DNA of 64,000 nt from Candidatus Eiseniibacteriota bacterium (GTDB lineage Bacteria > Eisenbacteria > RBG-16-71-46 > JABDJR01), in the NCBI GenBank assembly GCA_963762255.1, contig CAVXKA010000003.1, forward strand, positions 864,001 through 928,000. The letters are read 5' to 3'. How positions within the stretch are numbered: position 1 is the stretch's first letter; every line of letters starts with the position of its first letter. Shown here piece by piece: positions 20,015 through 31,540 of the stretch. A program made the translations under genes and the position numbers. Under the pieces are notes generated by a model. It saw only the letters and a list, made by a program, of their open reading frames with translations, was not told the DNA's origin and ran no database searches.

Positions 20015-20126
20015 CCGCGCGATCCTCGCCGTCCCGATCCCGCTTCTGCTACCCTGTCGAAACGTGCGCGGGTCGAGGCGGCCGTGCTCGCGCAGACCGC
20101 AGGCGTTCGCCGCAGGGGAGGATGCG

Positions 20127-20319
20127 TTGCCGAAGAAGAAGCAAGCGGCCGGTCCGAGATCGACTCCACCGACCCGGGACAAGACGAAACGACCCTCGCG
20201 CGGGGCCGGCACCGGCGCCCTCTGCGCCGAAGCGCAGGCCGACGGCGTCCCCTGTTTCGAGCTGGGCCGGGAATGCGCAACCTGCGAACGGGCGAGAGCG
20301 AGGCCGCGAGAGATCCTGA
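20127..20319 (+). CDS. Small basic protein with four-Cys motif (stop probably displaced by an indel)
   Basis: RBS AGGGGAGG then TTG: MPKKKQ...LCAEAQADGVPCFELGRECATCERA. A TGA at 20317-20319 is one base out of frame. Confidence 0.45.
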
Positions 20320-20334
20320 GCCGCGCGACCGCGA

Positions 20335-21551
<1,217 letters not shown>

Positions 21552-21555
<4 letters not shown>

Positions 21556-22286
21556 GTGGGCATCCCCGCGGCGGCCGTGTCGGTCCGCGACACGACCGGC
21601 CGGTCGTCGACCACGAGACCGTCGCTCAGCACGATGATCCGCTTCGCAAACTGCGCGATGTCCTGCTCGTGGGTGATGAGGAGGATCGTCATCCCCGCGC
21701 GGTTCAGTTCCTGCAAGACGCGCATCACCTCGAACGAGGTCGTGGTGTCGAGGTTCCCGGTCGGCTCGTCGGCCAGCAGCAACGGCGGCTCGTTGACCAG
21801 CGCGCGGGCGATGGCCACGCGCTGCTGCTGCCCGCCGGAGAGCTGGTTGGGAGCGTGGTGCGAGCGATCGGCGAGGCCCACCCGATCGAGCGCCTGATGG
21901 GCACGTTGCGCGATGGACCTTCCGCGGACGGACGAGTAGATCATCGGCAGCTCGACGTTCTCCAGCGCGCTGGTGCGGGCCAGCAGGTTGAAGCTCTGAA
22001 AGACGAACCCGATCTTCCGATTCCGGATCTCGGCCAGTTCGTCCCGCGAGAGGTGCGAGACGTCCTCGCCGTCCAGTTCGTAGATCCCTGACGTCGGACG
22101 GTCGAGGCAGCCGAGGATGTTCATGAGGGTGGACTTCCCGCTCCCCGACGACCCCATGACCGCGACCATCTCGCCCGGATCGACGTCGATCGACACGCCC
22201 CGCAGCGCCTGCACCTGGTTGTCGCCCTCGCCGTAGGTCTTGACCAGATCGCGGGCCCGCAGAACCCGTCGGTCAGCGCCGTGCAC
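21552..22286 (-). CDS. ABC transporter ATP-binding protein (MacB/LolD-like)
   Basis: GSSGSGKST, LSGGQQQRVAIARAL, LLADEPTGNLD. Confidence 0.95.
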
Positions 22287-23472
22287 GGGTCATGCCTCCG
22301 GGGGCGAACGGATTGACCTGACCCTGGGCCGCGCCCGCAGCCGACCCGTTGGTCGCGGCGATCACGACCTGCATTCCCTCTCGGAGCGAATCGGCGGCGA
22401 CGGCGGTGAAGGTCCCGTCGCTCAAACCGGGGGTCACGCGAACCCGGTGGAGCTTCCCGTTCTCGGCGAGGACGAAGACCGCGGGACCACCTCGCGCGCC
22501 GGCCGGCCGCTGTCCGTCCGCCGCGGCGCCCGGCGCTCGCACGGCCCCCGGCTTCGCCGCCGGCCGGAAGCGCAGCGCCGCCGACGGCACCCTCAGCACG
22601 CCGCGTGCCTCGTTCACGAGGAAGGTGGCGTTGGCGGTCATGCCGGGGAGCAGCAACTGATCGGGGTTCTCGACGAGGACGATCACCGTGTAGGACACCA
22701 CGTTCTGCACGGTCTGCGGGGCGAGGCGGATCTGGTGCACGACGCCGCTGAAGGTTCGCTCGGGGAACGCGTCGACGGTGAAGCTGACCTTCTGGTCGAC
22801 CTGGATCATGCCGATGTCGGCCTCGTCCACCGACGCCTCGAGCTGCATGCGGGTGAGGTCGTTGGCGATGGTGAAGAGGGTCGGCGCGGACAGCGAGGCG
22901 GCCACCGTCTGACCGACGTCGACGTTGCGCGAGATGACGATGCCGTCGATGGGAGAGGCGATGGTGGCGTAGTGCAGGTTCGTGCGCGCGCGATCGAGCG
23001 CGGCTTCCGCGGACTTCTGCGAGGCCTGGGCCGCCTCGAGCGCGGTTTGGGCCGCGTCGATTTCGGCCTGCGAAGCCAGACCCTGATCGCGCATGGGAGC
23101 TACCCGCGCGTAGTCCCGCTCCGCCTGGCGCACCGTCACCTTGGCTCGCTCCAGGTCGGCCTCGTTCTGCGACTCCTGCGCCTTCAGAAACGTCGGATCG
23201 AGCTGGGCGAGGACCTGGTTCTTGTGGACCCGGTCGTTGAAGTCGGCGTAGAGCGCGGCAGATGGTGCCGCTGACCTGGCTTCCGACCTGCACGGTGGTC
23301 ACCGCGTTCAGGGTTCCGGTGGCCGACACCTGAACGATCACGTCGCCACGCTGCACCGCCTCGGTGCGGTAGGGAGATTCCGGCTTCTGCTCCCGCCGCA
23401 GCGTCCACGCCACGACTGCGGCCCCCAGGACCACCACGACCGCCGCCAGGATGCCCCAGTCCTCTTGCGCAT
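22273..23472 (-). CDS. MacA-like periplasmic adaptor (membrane fusion protein), frameshifted
   Basis: ATGTLNAVTTVQVGSQVSG, SPIDGIVISRNVDVGQTVAASLSAPTLF, LLPGMTA. Confidence 0.9.
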
Positions 23473-23580
23473 CACGACCCCCTCGTCCGAAGACGAAGGT
23501 TACGATTGTAGCTCAGATCCGGCGCCGCCGACAGCGGCGGAACGAACCAGGCTCGGCCTGCGAGGAACGCGGCCCGAAGG

Positions 23581-24559
23581 TCAGCGCGCGGTCTCGATGA
23601 GTTCGGTCAGCGCGCGCCGCAGCTCCTCGTGGACGGCCTTCACCGCGGCCGGAGGCCACGTCTTGGCGTCCTCGCGAATGAACGTCGTCAGATCCCTGCG
23701 ATTGTCGAAGCGCGCGACCGGCATGTGGAATACGCCGCCGCGCGTCTCGACCCGCACCGTGCTCGGGCGATCGCTCTGCTCGATGAGCCACCCCATGTCG
23801 TCGGTGCCGTAGTCCCCCAGCATCACCGCGATCGGCACGCCGTGATGGAGGATCGACGCGTCCCCTTCGAGTCCCGGCTTCGCGCGCTCGTCGTTCTTGC
23901 GGCGCGATTCCTCCGGAGTCACCCAGATGTAGAGCACCGCCGCCCGCCGCAGGATCTCGTCCGAAAGGCAGGCGAAGCTGTAGGCATAGCCGAACGGCGG
24001 CGAAAGCGGCATCGAGGCGCCCTGCGGACCGCCGCGGGCGAACTCGATCACGATGGTCTTGCCTTCGAGGCTCTCGGGGATTCCCGCCAGCTTCTCGTCG
24101 AGCAGCTCGCGCGCCTCTGCCTTCCAGCTTCTCCGCCAGCTTCCGGCGAGCCGCTTCGGGAAGCCCGCCCAGCGCGGGAGGCGCCCCCACCTTGGCCCGC
24201 GCGGCGTCGAAACGATCGAAGAGCCAGACCGCAGCGGAGGCAGGCGTGAGCGTGGGGCGCGCGTGGAGATCCCGGTAGTCCTCGTTGATCAGCTCCATCA
24301 GCGTGCCCCAATCGCGGGGCTCCTTGAACGGTTGGTCGTTGGAGGGGAAGAACGCGGGCGAGAGTCCCGCCGCGACCATCTCCTGCGAGATCCGCCGCAT
24401 CATGTGGACGTAGGGATAGTCGTCGAGTTGGACCGTCGGTCCCATGTGGAAATCCTCCACCACCGCGCGAGCATCCTGGAGCGCGAGATAGCGACGAACT
24501 TCCGATTTTCCCGAAGCGGGCAACGCGGTCAGTAGAACGGTGTCAAGGAGACGGCTCAT
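23581..24559 (-). CDS. Hypothetical P-loop-like protein (frameshift near 24110)
   Basis: N-terminal LLTALPASGKSE (Walker-A-like); the second half (IEFARGG, VLYIWVTPEESRRKN) is in the adjacent frame. Confidence 0.7.
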
Positions 24560-24646
24560 GGCGAAACCCCCGAGTCGATGTGGTCCGAAGCGGTCCTTCC
24601 GGTCGTCCCTGTCATCCTAGGAGATGCGGCCTGTTCTTGCCAGGGG

Positions 24647-26119
24647 CTACAGGGCGCCGGCCACCGTCCGGAAGTGGTGCCCGTAGATGGCGATGGTGAC
24701 CGCGGTGCTGAGCGCGCGCGGACGGCGCGCGAGCGTGTAGGCGAGGAATCCCCAGTATTGACGGCGCCCGCGGTGGCGGATGCCGAGCTTCCAGAACGCC
24801 TTCATCAGCGCCTCGAACTGCCGGGGCCCGATGTGCGGATGCGGACCGCGAATCCGGTAGTTGGCCAGGAACGCGCGGGCCCGCGCGTAGTACGCGTTGG
24901 GTTCGTAGAGCGAACGCACAAGTTCCCGATACCCCGATTGCAGCTCCTCCAGTCCCAGCTTGGGCATGAAGTTGCACGCCACTTCCGTGTTGTTGCCTGT
25001 GCTCTCGTTCAGAATGCGCCCTTCAGCGGCCAGTCGCTGATGAAGGCGGGTCCGGGGAAGTGCGGTCAGGAGTCCCACCATGGCGGTCACGATGCCCGAC
25101 TTCTGGATGAACTCGAATTGCCGCTGGAAGACATCCTGCTTGTCGTGATCGAAGCCCACGATGAACCCGCCCATGACCTCGATACCCGCTCGCTGTATCG
25201 TCTGCACCGACTCAACGAGGTCTCCGTGCGTGTTCTGCTGCTTGCCGCATTCCCGCAGGCTCTCCAGCACCGGGGTTTCGATCCCGAGGAAGACGTGTCG
25301 GAACCCGGCCTCCACCATCAGACGGAGCAGCTCGGGGTCGCCGGCCAAGTTGACCGAAGCCTCGGTGGTGAAGTCCACCCGCGCGTGCGTGCTGCGGCGC
25401 CACGCAATCATGGCGCGCAGGAGTTCCTTCACGCGCGTCTTGTTCCCGATGAAATTGTCGTCCACCAGGAAGACGTTCCCCTTCCAACCCAGTTTCCGCA
25501 AGGTCTCCAGCTCCCCGATGACCTGATCCGGGGCCTTGGTCCGCGGCACGCGTCCGTTCATGACGATGATGTCGCAGAACTCGCAGTTGAACGGACAGCC
25601 GCGGGAGAACTGCACCGACATGCTGGCGTAGGCGCCGAGGTCGATGAGATCCCAGCGGGGCACCGGCGTGCGGGAGAGCTCGGGAAAGCCTTCGGCCTGA
25701 TAGATGCGTTCCAGACGACCGGCGGTCATGTCCTCCACGACCCGCGCCATGATCTCTTCGGCCTCGCCGAGCACGAAGTGGTCGACGTCGGGGAACGCCT
25801 CGTGTCCGGTCGTGAAGATCGGCCCCCCGGCGATGATCGGCCGGCCGATCCGGCGACACCGTCCGATGATCTGGTTCACCGACTCGCGGTGGCAGATCAT
25901 GGCGCTCACCATCACATAGTCCGCCCAGCGAATCTGATCGTCCTTGAGCGGCGTCACGTCCAGATCCACGACCTTCAGATTCCACGAGCGGGGCAGCATG
26001 GCGGCGACGGTCAAGAGGCCCAGCGGCGGAGAAGCCGTCTTCTTGGAGATGAAATCCAGGGCCTTGCGGAAGCTCCAAAACGTGTCCGGGGTGCGCGGAG
26101 AAACCAAGAGGATATTCAT
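24647..26119 (-). CDS. B12-binding radical SAM protein (DUF4070-type)
   Basis: PPLGLLTVAAML, IAGGP, LGEAE, RGCPFNCEFCD (CxxxCxxC), VDDNFIGN, GGFIVGFD. Confidence 0.9.
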   Translation of the reverse strand: MNILLVSPRTPDTFWSFRKALDFISKKTASPPLGLLTVAAMLPRSWNLKVVDLDVTPLKDDQIRWADYVMVSAMICHRESVNQIIGRCRRIGRPIIAGGPIFTTGHEAFPDVDHFVLGEAEEIMARVVEDMTAGRLERIYQAEGFPELSRTPVPRWDLIDLGAYASMSVQFSRGCPFNCEFCDIIVMNGRVPRTKAPDQVIGELETLRKLGWKGNVFLVDDNFIGNKTRVKELLRAMIAWRRSTHARVDFTTEASVNLAGDPELLRLMVEAGFRHVFLGIETPVLESLRECGKQQNTHGDLVESVQTIQRAGIEVMGGFIVGFDHDKQDVFQRQFEFIQKSGIVTAMVGLLTALPRTRLHQRLAAEGRILNESTGNNTEVACNFMPKLGLEELQSGYRELVRSLYEPNAYYARARAFLANYRIRGPHPHIGPRQFEALMKAFWKLGIRHRGRRQYWGFLAYTLARRPRALSTAVTIAIYGHHFRTVAGAL

Positions 26120-26302
26120 GGCTGAGTTCATTCCAATCCCGGGCACGTAGAGAAGGCCCGGACCAATTACATCATCCCAAGCCCGATAGGGTGCCCATTC
26201 TACGCCCGGCCGCCCCATTCCGCTAGAATCTCCTGCATCCTCCCGGCCCTCGGAAGCGTCTCCTCCCCGAAGGCCGGAACGGCCGACACCTCCGGAGGGT
26301 GC

Positions 26303-26977
26303 ATGAAGGACCTGGACGCGGAACGGCGCTGGCAGCTGCTTGTTAGCCTGCTGGAGCCGATTCACGAGAGAGCTTCGGGCGCGGCGCGCAACCTGTGCCG
26401 GTCCCCCGGCGACGGGGACGACCTCTATCAGGAAGCCGTGCTGCGCGCCTACCACAAGCTCCACACCCTTCGCGAGGAGTCTCGTTTCCGGTCCTGGTTC
26501 TTCGCCGTTCTCCTTTCCGTCCATCGGTCCCGATCGCGCCGCGCGTTCTGGAAGCGGTTCCTGCCGCTCGAGGACACGCCCGACGACGAGCGGAACCTGG
26601 TCGGCGAGGACGGTCGGACGAACGAGGAGGAGTTTCTTTCGGCTCGTCGGGCCGCGCGCGCGCTGTCGCGGCTTCCCGCCGAGCAACGGGAGGCGCTGGT
26701 GCTGCACGATCTGGAGGGATTCTCGATGGAGGAGATCGCCGCCATGCAAGGCGCGTCGATCGCCGCGGTCAAGTCCCGCGTCCTTCGGGGGCGGGAACGG
26801 CTGCGCCGCCACTATCGATCCCTCGGGTTCGTGCGAACCGAACCTCTCTCGCGGGCGATCTCGGAGGCCACGCATCGCCGGTTGCAGCGAACCGGGGTGC
26901 GCCCCGCCGAGGCCCTCGCGTCCGTCTGCTCCTCTCTCGCGGACACCAATCCCCGTACAGGAGGGCGTCATGAGTGA
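26303..26977 (+). CDS. ECF RNA polymerase sigma factor
   Basis: Region 2 DDLYQEAVLRAY...FRSWF; region 4 LPAEQREALVLHDLEGFSMEEIA...VKSRVLRGR. Confidence 0.9.
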   Translation: MKDLDAERRWQLLVSLLEPIHERASGAARNLCRSPGDGDDLYQEAVLRAYHKLHTLREESRFRSWFFAVLLSVHRSRSRRAFWKRFLPLEDTPDDERNLVGEDGRTNEEEFLSARRAARALSRLPAEQREALVLHDLEGFSMEEIAAMQGASIAAVKSRVLRGRERLRRHYRSLGFVRTEPLSRAISEATHRRLQRTGVRPAEALASVCSSLADTNPRTGGRHE

Positions 26978-28115
26978 TGTCCCCGGACGTAGCGAAGGGG
27001 CCCACGCCGAACCGGAACGATCGCTCGACGATCGGATCGGACGGGATCTCCGGGCTTTGACAGCCAGGTCCCGGCGGAACATGAGACCCCTCACGGAAAC
27101 CGTTGACGGGCTTTCGGGGGCACACCCGAAGAGGCCCTGGGAGGAGAGACTGATGGCATCGTTCAAGTTGCTCGGAGCGCGGCCGCGTCTGGCCGTGGTG
27201 GGTGCGGTGGCGGCCCTGGCCGTCGCCCTGCTCGTGATTCCCGTCTCGTACCAGCGCGTGGTCGGTCACGACGTGGCGCTCACGCTCGCCGGCGCCGGCC
27301 TCACCCAGGACGCGGTTCGCGACATCGCCACCCAGTTCAAGACCGCGATGGGGAGCGAGTCGGTTCGCGTCGAGGCGCAAGGCGATGACGCCGGCGTCGT
27401 TTACACGTTGACGTCGCGGATCCCGAACCTCGCGGGGCGCTCCGCAAAGACCGTGTCGGACGCGTTCGCCCACACGCTCGTCGCCAAGGGCTACGACGCC
27501 GAGGCGGCCGTCACCCCGGTCAGGGAGAAGGTCTCCTCCAACGTCTACGCGATGGTCGCCGACAACGTCGTCCGGGTCAGCGTGGATGGGAAGAACGCAG
27601 CCGAGGTCGAAGCGGAGATCGCCGCACAGCTCGCCGCGGCGGGCGTGCCCGACGCGCAAGTCTCGGTCACCATGGACGACGACGGCAGCAAGATCGAGAT
27701 CCAGGTGCAGGCCGAGCACGAGGGAGCGGTGGACGAAATGGTCGGATCGCCCCCTGAGATCGTCCTCACCGCGGGCGGCGAGGATCTGGGCGGCGAGGTT
27801 TCGGACGTACAGGTGAAGGTCCGCAAGATAATGAGCGATGCGGGCAGCAGCCTCATCATCGACGTCGACCGGTCGGGAAACACCGCCACCGTGACCGTGA
27901 ACAACCCGGAGACCCTGAGCGACGCCGAGCTGAGCGCCGAGGTTCAGCGCCAGCTCGTCGCGCTTGGCATCACCGACCTCTCGGTGAGCGCCTCCGAAGG
28001 CAGGATCCAGCTCATGGACGCGAGCGCTCTCCTCCAGAAGTCCGCCCCCGGCGCAACCCCCGGCGGCACGGAGGAGTCGACCTTCGGCAAGGTGAAGAGC
28101 AAGTACAACCCGTAG
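26970..28115 (+). CDS. Putative anti-sigma membrane protein with C-terminal STFGKVKSKY tail
   Basis: Overlaps the sigma gene; short cytoplasmic N-terminus, one TM (LAVVGAVAALAVALLVIPV), extracytoplasmic domain. Confidence 0.65.
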   Translation: MSDVPGRSEGAHAEPERSLDDRIGRDLRALTARSRRNMRPLTETVDGLSGAHPKRPWEERLMASFKLLGARPRLAVVGAVAALAVALLVIPVSYQRVVGHDVALTLAGAGLTQDAVRDIATQFKTAMGSESVRVEAQGDDAGVVYTLTSRIPNLAGRSAKTVSDAFAHTLVAKGYDAEAAVTPVREKVSSNVYAMVADNVVRVSVDGKNAAEVEAEIAAQLAAAGVPDAQVSVTMDDDGSKIEIQVQAEHEGAVDEMVGSPPEIVLTAGGEDLGGEVSDVQVKVRKIMSDAGSSLIIDVDRSGNTATVTVNNPETLSDAELSAEVQRQLVALGITDLSVSASEGRIQLMDASALLQKSAPGATPGGTEESTFGKVKSKYNP

Positions 28116-28141
28116 GCTTCGCGAAGCTCCCTGGAATCGCA

Positions 28142-28174
28142 ACAGGCCCCTGCCCGGTTCGGGCGGGGGCCTGT
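28142..28174. terminator. Hairpin between convergent genes (possible bidirectional terminator)
   Basis: ACAGGCCCCTGCCCG-GTT-CGGGCGGGGGCCTGT. Confidence 0.65.
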
Positions 28175-28175
28175 G

Positions 28176-29090
28176 TCATGCGAACAGGCCCTCGACCGAG
28201 AGGTACCGCTCCCCGGTGTCATAGCAGAACGTCAGCACGCGGCTGCCGGGCGACATCTCCGGAATCTTCAGGGCCACCGCGGCCAGTGAGGCTCCCGAGG
28301 AGGGACCGATGAAGAGCCCTTCCTCGCGCGCCGCCCGCGTTGCGTAGGCGAATGCGTCTTCCTCGGTCACCGTCACCACGCCGTCCAGCACCTCGCGGTT
28401 GAGCACCGCGGGGACGAAGCCCGCCCCGATCCCCTGCAGCCGGTGCGGCCCCGGCGCTCCACCGGAGAGCACCGGCGACTTCACCGGTTCCACCGCATAG
28501 ACCTTGAGACGCGGCATGCTCGCCTTCAGCACCTCGGCGACGCCGGTGATGTGCCCGCCGGTCCCGACGCCTGTGATCACGTAGTCGAGTCCTTCGGGGA
28601 AGTCGCGCGCGATCTCCCGGGCGGTGGCCTGCCGATGGATCTCGGGATTGGCAGGGTTCTCGAATTGCTGCGGCATCCAGGCGCCCGGCGTCTCCGCGAG
28701 CAGTTCCTTCGCCCGCGCGATGGCGCCGGGCATTCCCTTCTCCTTGGGCGTGAGCACGAGCGACGCGCCGTAGGCGGTCATGATCCGGCGCCGCTCCACC
28801 GACATGGACTCCGGCATGACCAGCACCAGCGGGTAGCCCTTGACCGCCGCCACGAGAGCGAGGCCGACGCCTGTGTTACCGGACGTGGGTTCGATGATCG
28901 TCGTCCCCGGCTTGAGGGCGCCGCTTCGCTCGGCGGCCACGACCATGGCCAGCGCGATGCGGTCCTTGATGCTCCCACCGGGGTTGGCCCGCTCGAGCTT
29001 GATCCAGACTTCGACGCGGGCACCGAAGAGGCGCTGGATGCGGACGTGAGGGGTATCGCCAATGGTGTCGAGAATAGAGTTCACGCGCAT
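28176..29090 (-). CDS. cysK: Cysteine synthase A
   Basis: [49 protein letters not shown]. Confidence 0.95.
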   Translation of the reverse strand: MRVNSILDTIGDTPHVRIQRLFGARVEVWIKLERANPGGSIKDRIALAMVVAAERSGALKPGTTIIEPTSGNTGVGLALVAAVKGYPLVLVMPESMSVERRRIMTAYGASLVLTPKEKGMPGAIARAKELLAETPGAWMPQQFENPANPEIHRQATAREIARDFPEGLDYVITGVGTGGHITGVAEVLKASMPRLKVYAVEPVKSPVLSGGAPGPHRLQGIGAGFVPAVLNREVLDGVVTVTEEDAFAYATRAAREEGLFIGPSSGASLAAVALKIPEMSPGSRVLTFCYDTGERYLSVEGLFA

Positions 29091-29126
29091 GATTGTTCTC
29101 CTTGATGAAACCCGCGGGCGCGGGGT

Positions 29127-29969
29127 CTAGCTGCTTGGCCGCTCGGATCCACCTCCCTCGCCGGGGCGTTTCTCGGCGCTCACGACCTCGGTCACGAGAG
29201 TGCCCGGAGGCACGCTGTGGGTGAGCCAGACGTTGCCGCCGATCACGCTTCCCGCGCCCACCACGGTCTCGCCGCCCAGAATGGTGGCGTTGGCGTAGAT
29301 GATGACGTCGTCCTCGATCGTGGGATGGCGCTGGGCTTCGGTGTCGTGCTTGCGGACGCTCAGCGCACCGAGGGTCACCCCTTGATAGAGGCGCACGCGA
29401 TCTCCGATCCGGGTGGTCTCGCCGATGACGATACCGGTGCCGTGGTCGATCGCCATCGAGTGGCCGATGCGGGCGCCGGGATGAATGTCGATGCCGGTCT
29501 CCCGGTGCGCCACTTCGGTGACGAGCCGCGGAAGAAGCTCGACGCCGATCCCCTGCAGCTCATGCGCCACCCGGTAGCAGGCGAGCGCGAAGAACCCGGG
29601 ATAGGCCAGAATCACCTCGTCCACGCTCCGCGCGGCCGGGTCGGCATCGTACGTGGCCTGCGCGTCCTCGAGAAGCGAGTCGTAGATCGCGGGGAGACGG
29701 CCGCTGAACTCGCCGGTCATGCGCTCGGCATGATTCGCGCCGGCTGGATGCGCGGCGAGGAACCGGCCGATCCACTCCAGCGCCCGACGATAGTCATAGA
29801 CCGTCTGCTCGGGGGCGCATCGTCCCCCCGGCGCGTAGTGCGGAAAGAGCAGGGCCAGCACGTCGTAGACGAATTCGTGGGCCAGCGACTGGGCGCGCCG
29901 GGGGAGGCGGTACTCGCCGCGGGCGGCCTGCAGGCGCTTGAGGAGGTCGGACGCTCTTGGGTCGGTCAT
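29127..29969 (-). CDS. cysE: Serine O-acetyltransferase (EpsC/CysE family)
   Basis: DPAARS, TGIDIHPGARIG, IDHGTGIVIGET, LYQGVTLGA, RHPTIED; directly upstream of cysK. Confidence 0.9.
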   Translation of the reverse strand: MTDPRASDLLKRLQAARGEYRLPRRAQSLAHEFVYDVLALLFPHYAPGGRCAPEQTVYDYRRALEWIGRFLAAHPAGANHAERMTGEFSGRLPAIYDSLLEDAQATYDADPAARSVDEVILAYPGFFALACYRVAHELQGIGVELLPRLVTEVAHRETGIDIHPGARIGHSMAIDHGTGIVIGETTRIGDRVRLYQGVTLGALSVRKHDTEAQRHPTIEDDVIIYANATILGGETVVGAGSVIGGNVWLTHSVPPGTLVTEVVSAEKRPGEGGGSERPSS

Positions 29970-30033
29970 CGTGCAACTCGAGGTTGGGGTCCATGGTCCG
30001 GACGGGATGGAATCGTCTAGCATAGCAGCCGCC

Positions 30034-31461
30034 ATGAGTCTCCACGAACTACCGTCCCGCCCCCTCCTTGATGCGCAGGCGGCCCGGCTTGCAGCCGGGC
30101 TGCGCCTCCGGGGGGTTCATCGGGGCGATCGCATCGCTCTCTTCATGAACAACCGGCCGGAGTTCGTGGTCGCCTATCTGGCCACGGGCCTCCTGGGAGC
30201 GATCGCGGTCCCCGTCAATCCCCGCTATCGCCGCGTCGAGTTGGGCCACATCCTCTCCGACGCGCGCCCCCGGTTGGTGATCACCGAGCGGGCGCAGCTA
30301 CCCCACATGGACGACGTCGACGCCTCGGCGCGCGCCTCGCTGGATGCGGTGCTCTGCGCCGAGGAGATCGAAGCCTGGAAGGCCGACGAGCGCGGATTCG
30401 AGGCCGCACCCGCCGGGAGCGACGACGTCGCCCTCCTCATCTACACATCCGGCACGACCGGCCCCAGCAAAGGCGCGATGCTCACGAGGGGGAACATTGC
30501 CGCCACCGTCGAGGCGCTGCTCTCTGCGTGGGAGTGGTCCGCGCGTGATCGCCTTCTCCTTACGCTCCCGCTTTTTCACGTGCACGGGCTCATCGTGGGG
30601 CTCTGCTGCGCGCTGGCCGCCGGCGCCTCGGTGCTCCTCCCGCCGAGGTTCGATGCCGCCGACGTCATCGAGAGCCTCGCCGCCGGAGAGGCGACCCTCT
30701 TCTTCGGCGTGCCGACCCTGTACACACGCCTGATCGAGGAACTGGAGCGAGGGCCGCAGCGGGACTTCTCCCGGGTGCGACTCTTCTGCAGCGGAAGCGC
30801 GCCGCTCGCGCCGGAGACGATGGCCGCGTTCGAGCGGCTCACGGGTCACACAATTCTGGAGCGCTACGGCATGACCGAGACCGGGATGACCTTGAGCAAT
30901 CCCTATCGCGGTGCGCGCGTGCCGGGAAGCGTCGGCACGCCCCTGCCCGGTGTGTCCATCCGCATCGTGGACGAGAACGGGGCCGACGTCGCTGCAGACG
31001 AACCCGGCGAGTTGCTCGTGCACGGTAGCAACGTCTTCGCCGGATACTGGCAGGCTCCGGAGAAGACCGCCGCCGCGTTTGAAGTGGATGCCGCCGGGCG
31101 CCTCTGGTTCCGAACCGGAGATCTCGCGCGGCGGGATGCATCCACCGGCTACGTGACCCTGCTCGGCCGCCGTCACGATCTCATCCTGAGCGGCGGGTTC
31201 AACGTCTACCCGCTCGAGATCGAAACGGTGCTGACGGCTTTCCCCGGCGTCACCGAGGCGGCGGTCGTGGGCAAGCCGCACGCGCGATGGGGAGAGACGC
31301 CTGTGGCGTATCTGGTCTGCGCGCCGGGCGTGGATCGCGAGGCGCTGTTGGCCCACTGTCGATCCCAGCTTGCGGGGTTCAAGGTGCCGAGCGAGATCCA
31401 CTTCGTGAGCGCTCTCCCCCGGAACGCCCTGGGGAAGATCCAGCGAAGTTTGCTACCCTGA
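30034..31461 (+). CDS. Acyl-CoA synthetase (malonyl-CoA synthetase MatB-like)
   Basis: IYTSGTTGPSKG, LPLFHVHGL, CSGSAPL, ERYGMTETGM, FRTGD, PRNALGK. Confidence 0.88.
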   Translation: MSLHELPSRPLLDAQAARLAAGLRLRGVHRGDRIALFMNNRPEFVVAYLATGLLGAIAVPVNPRYRRVELGHILSDARPRLVITERAQLPHMDDVDASARASLDAVLCAEEIEAWKADERGFEAAPAGSDDVALLIYTSGTTGPSKGAMLTRGNIAATVEALLSAWEWSARDRLLLTLPLFHVHGLIVGLCCALAAGASVLLPPRFDAADVIESLAAGEATLFFGVPTLYTRLIEELERGPQRDFSRVRLFCSGSAPLAPETMAAFERLTGHTILERYGMTETGMTLSNPYRGARVPGSVGTPLPGVSIRIVDENGADVAADEPGELLVHGSNVFAGYWQAPEKTAAAFEVDAAGRLWFRTGDLARRDASTGYVTLLGRRHDLILSGGFNVYPLEIETVLTAFPGVTEAAVVGKPHARWGETPVAYLVCAPGVDREALLAHCRSQLAGFKVPSEIHFVSALPRNALGKIQRSLLP

Positions 31462-31540
31462 CCGTCGTGAGTCCCTTCCGGTCCCTCGCGAAGGACGAGG
31501 CCGGACGGTCGCGCGAACCATCGAGGAGCCGCTCACCGAC

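Noticed and set aside
24647-27166. 839-aa radical SAM with long N-terminal extension
   Set aside because: The extension is antisense to the ECF sigma gene; family similarity begins at MNILLV (26119).
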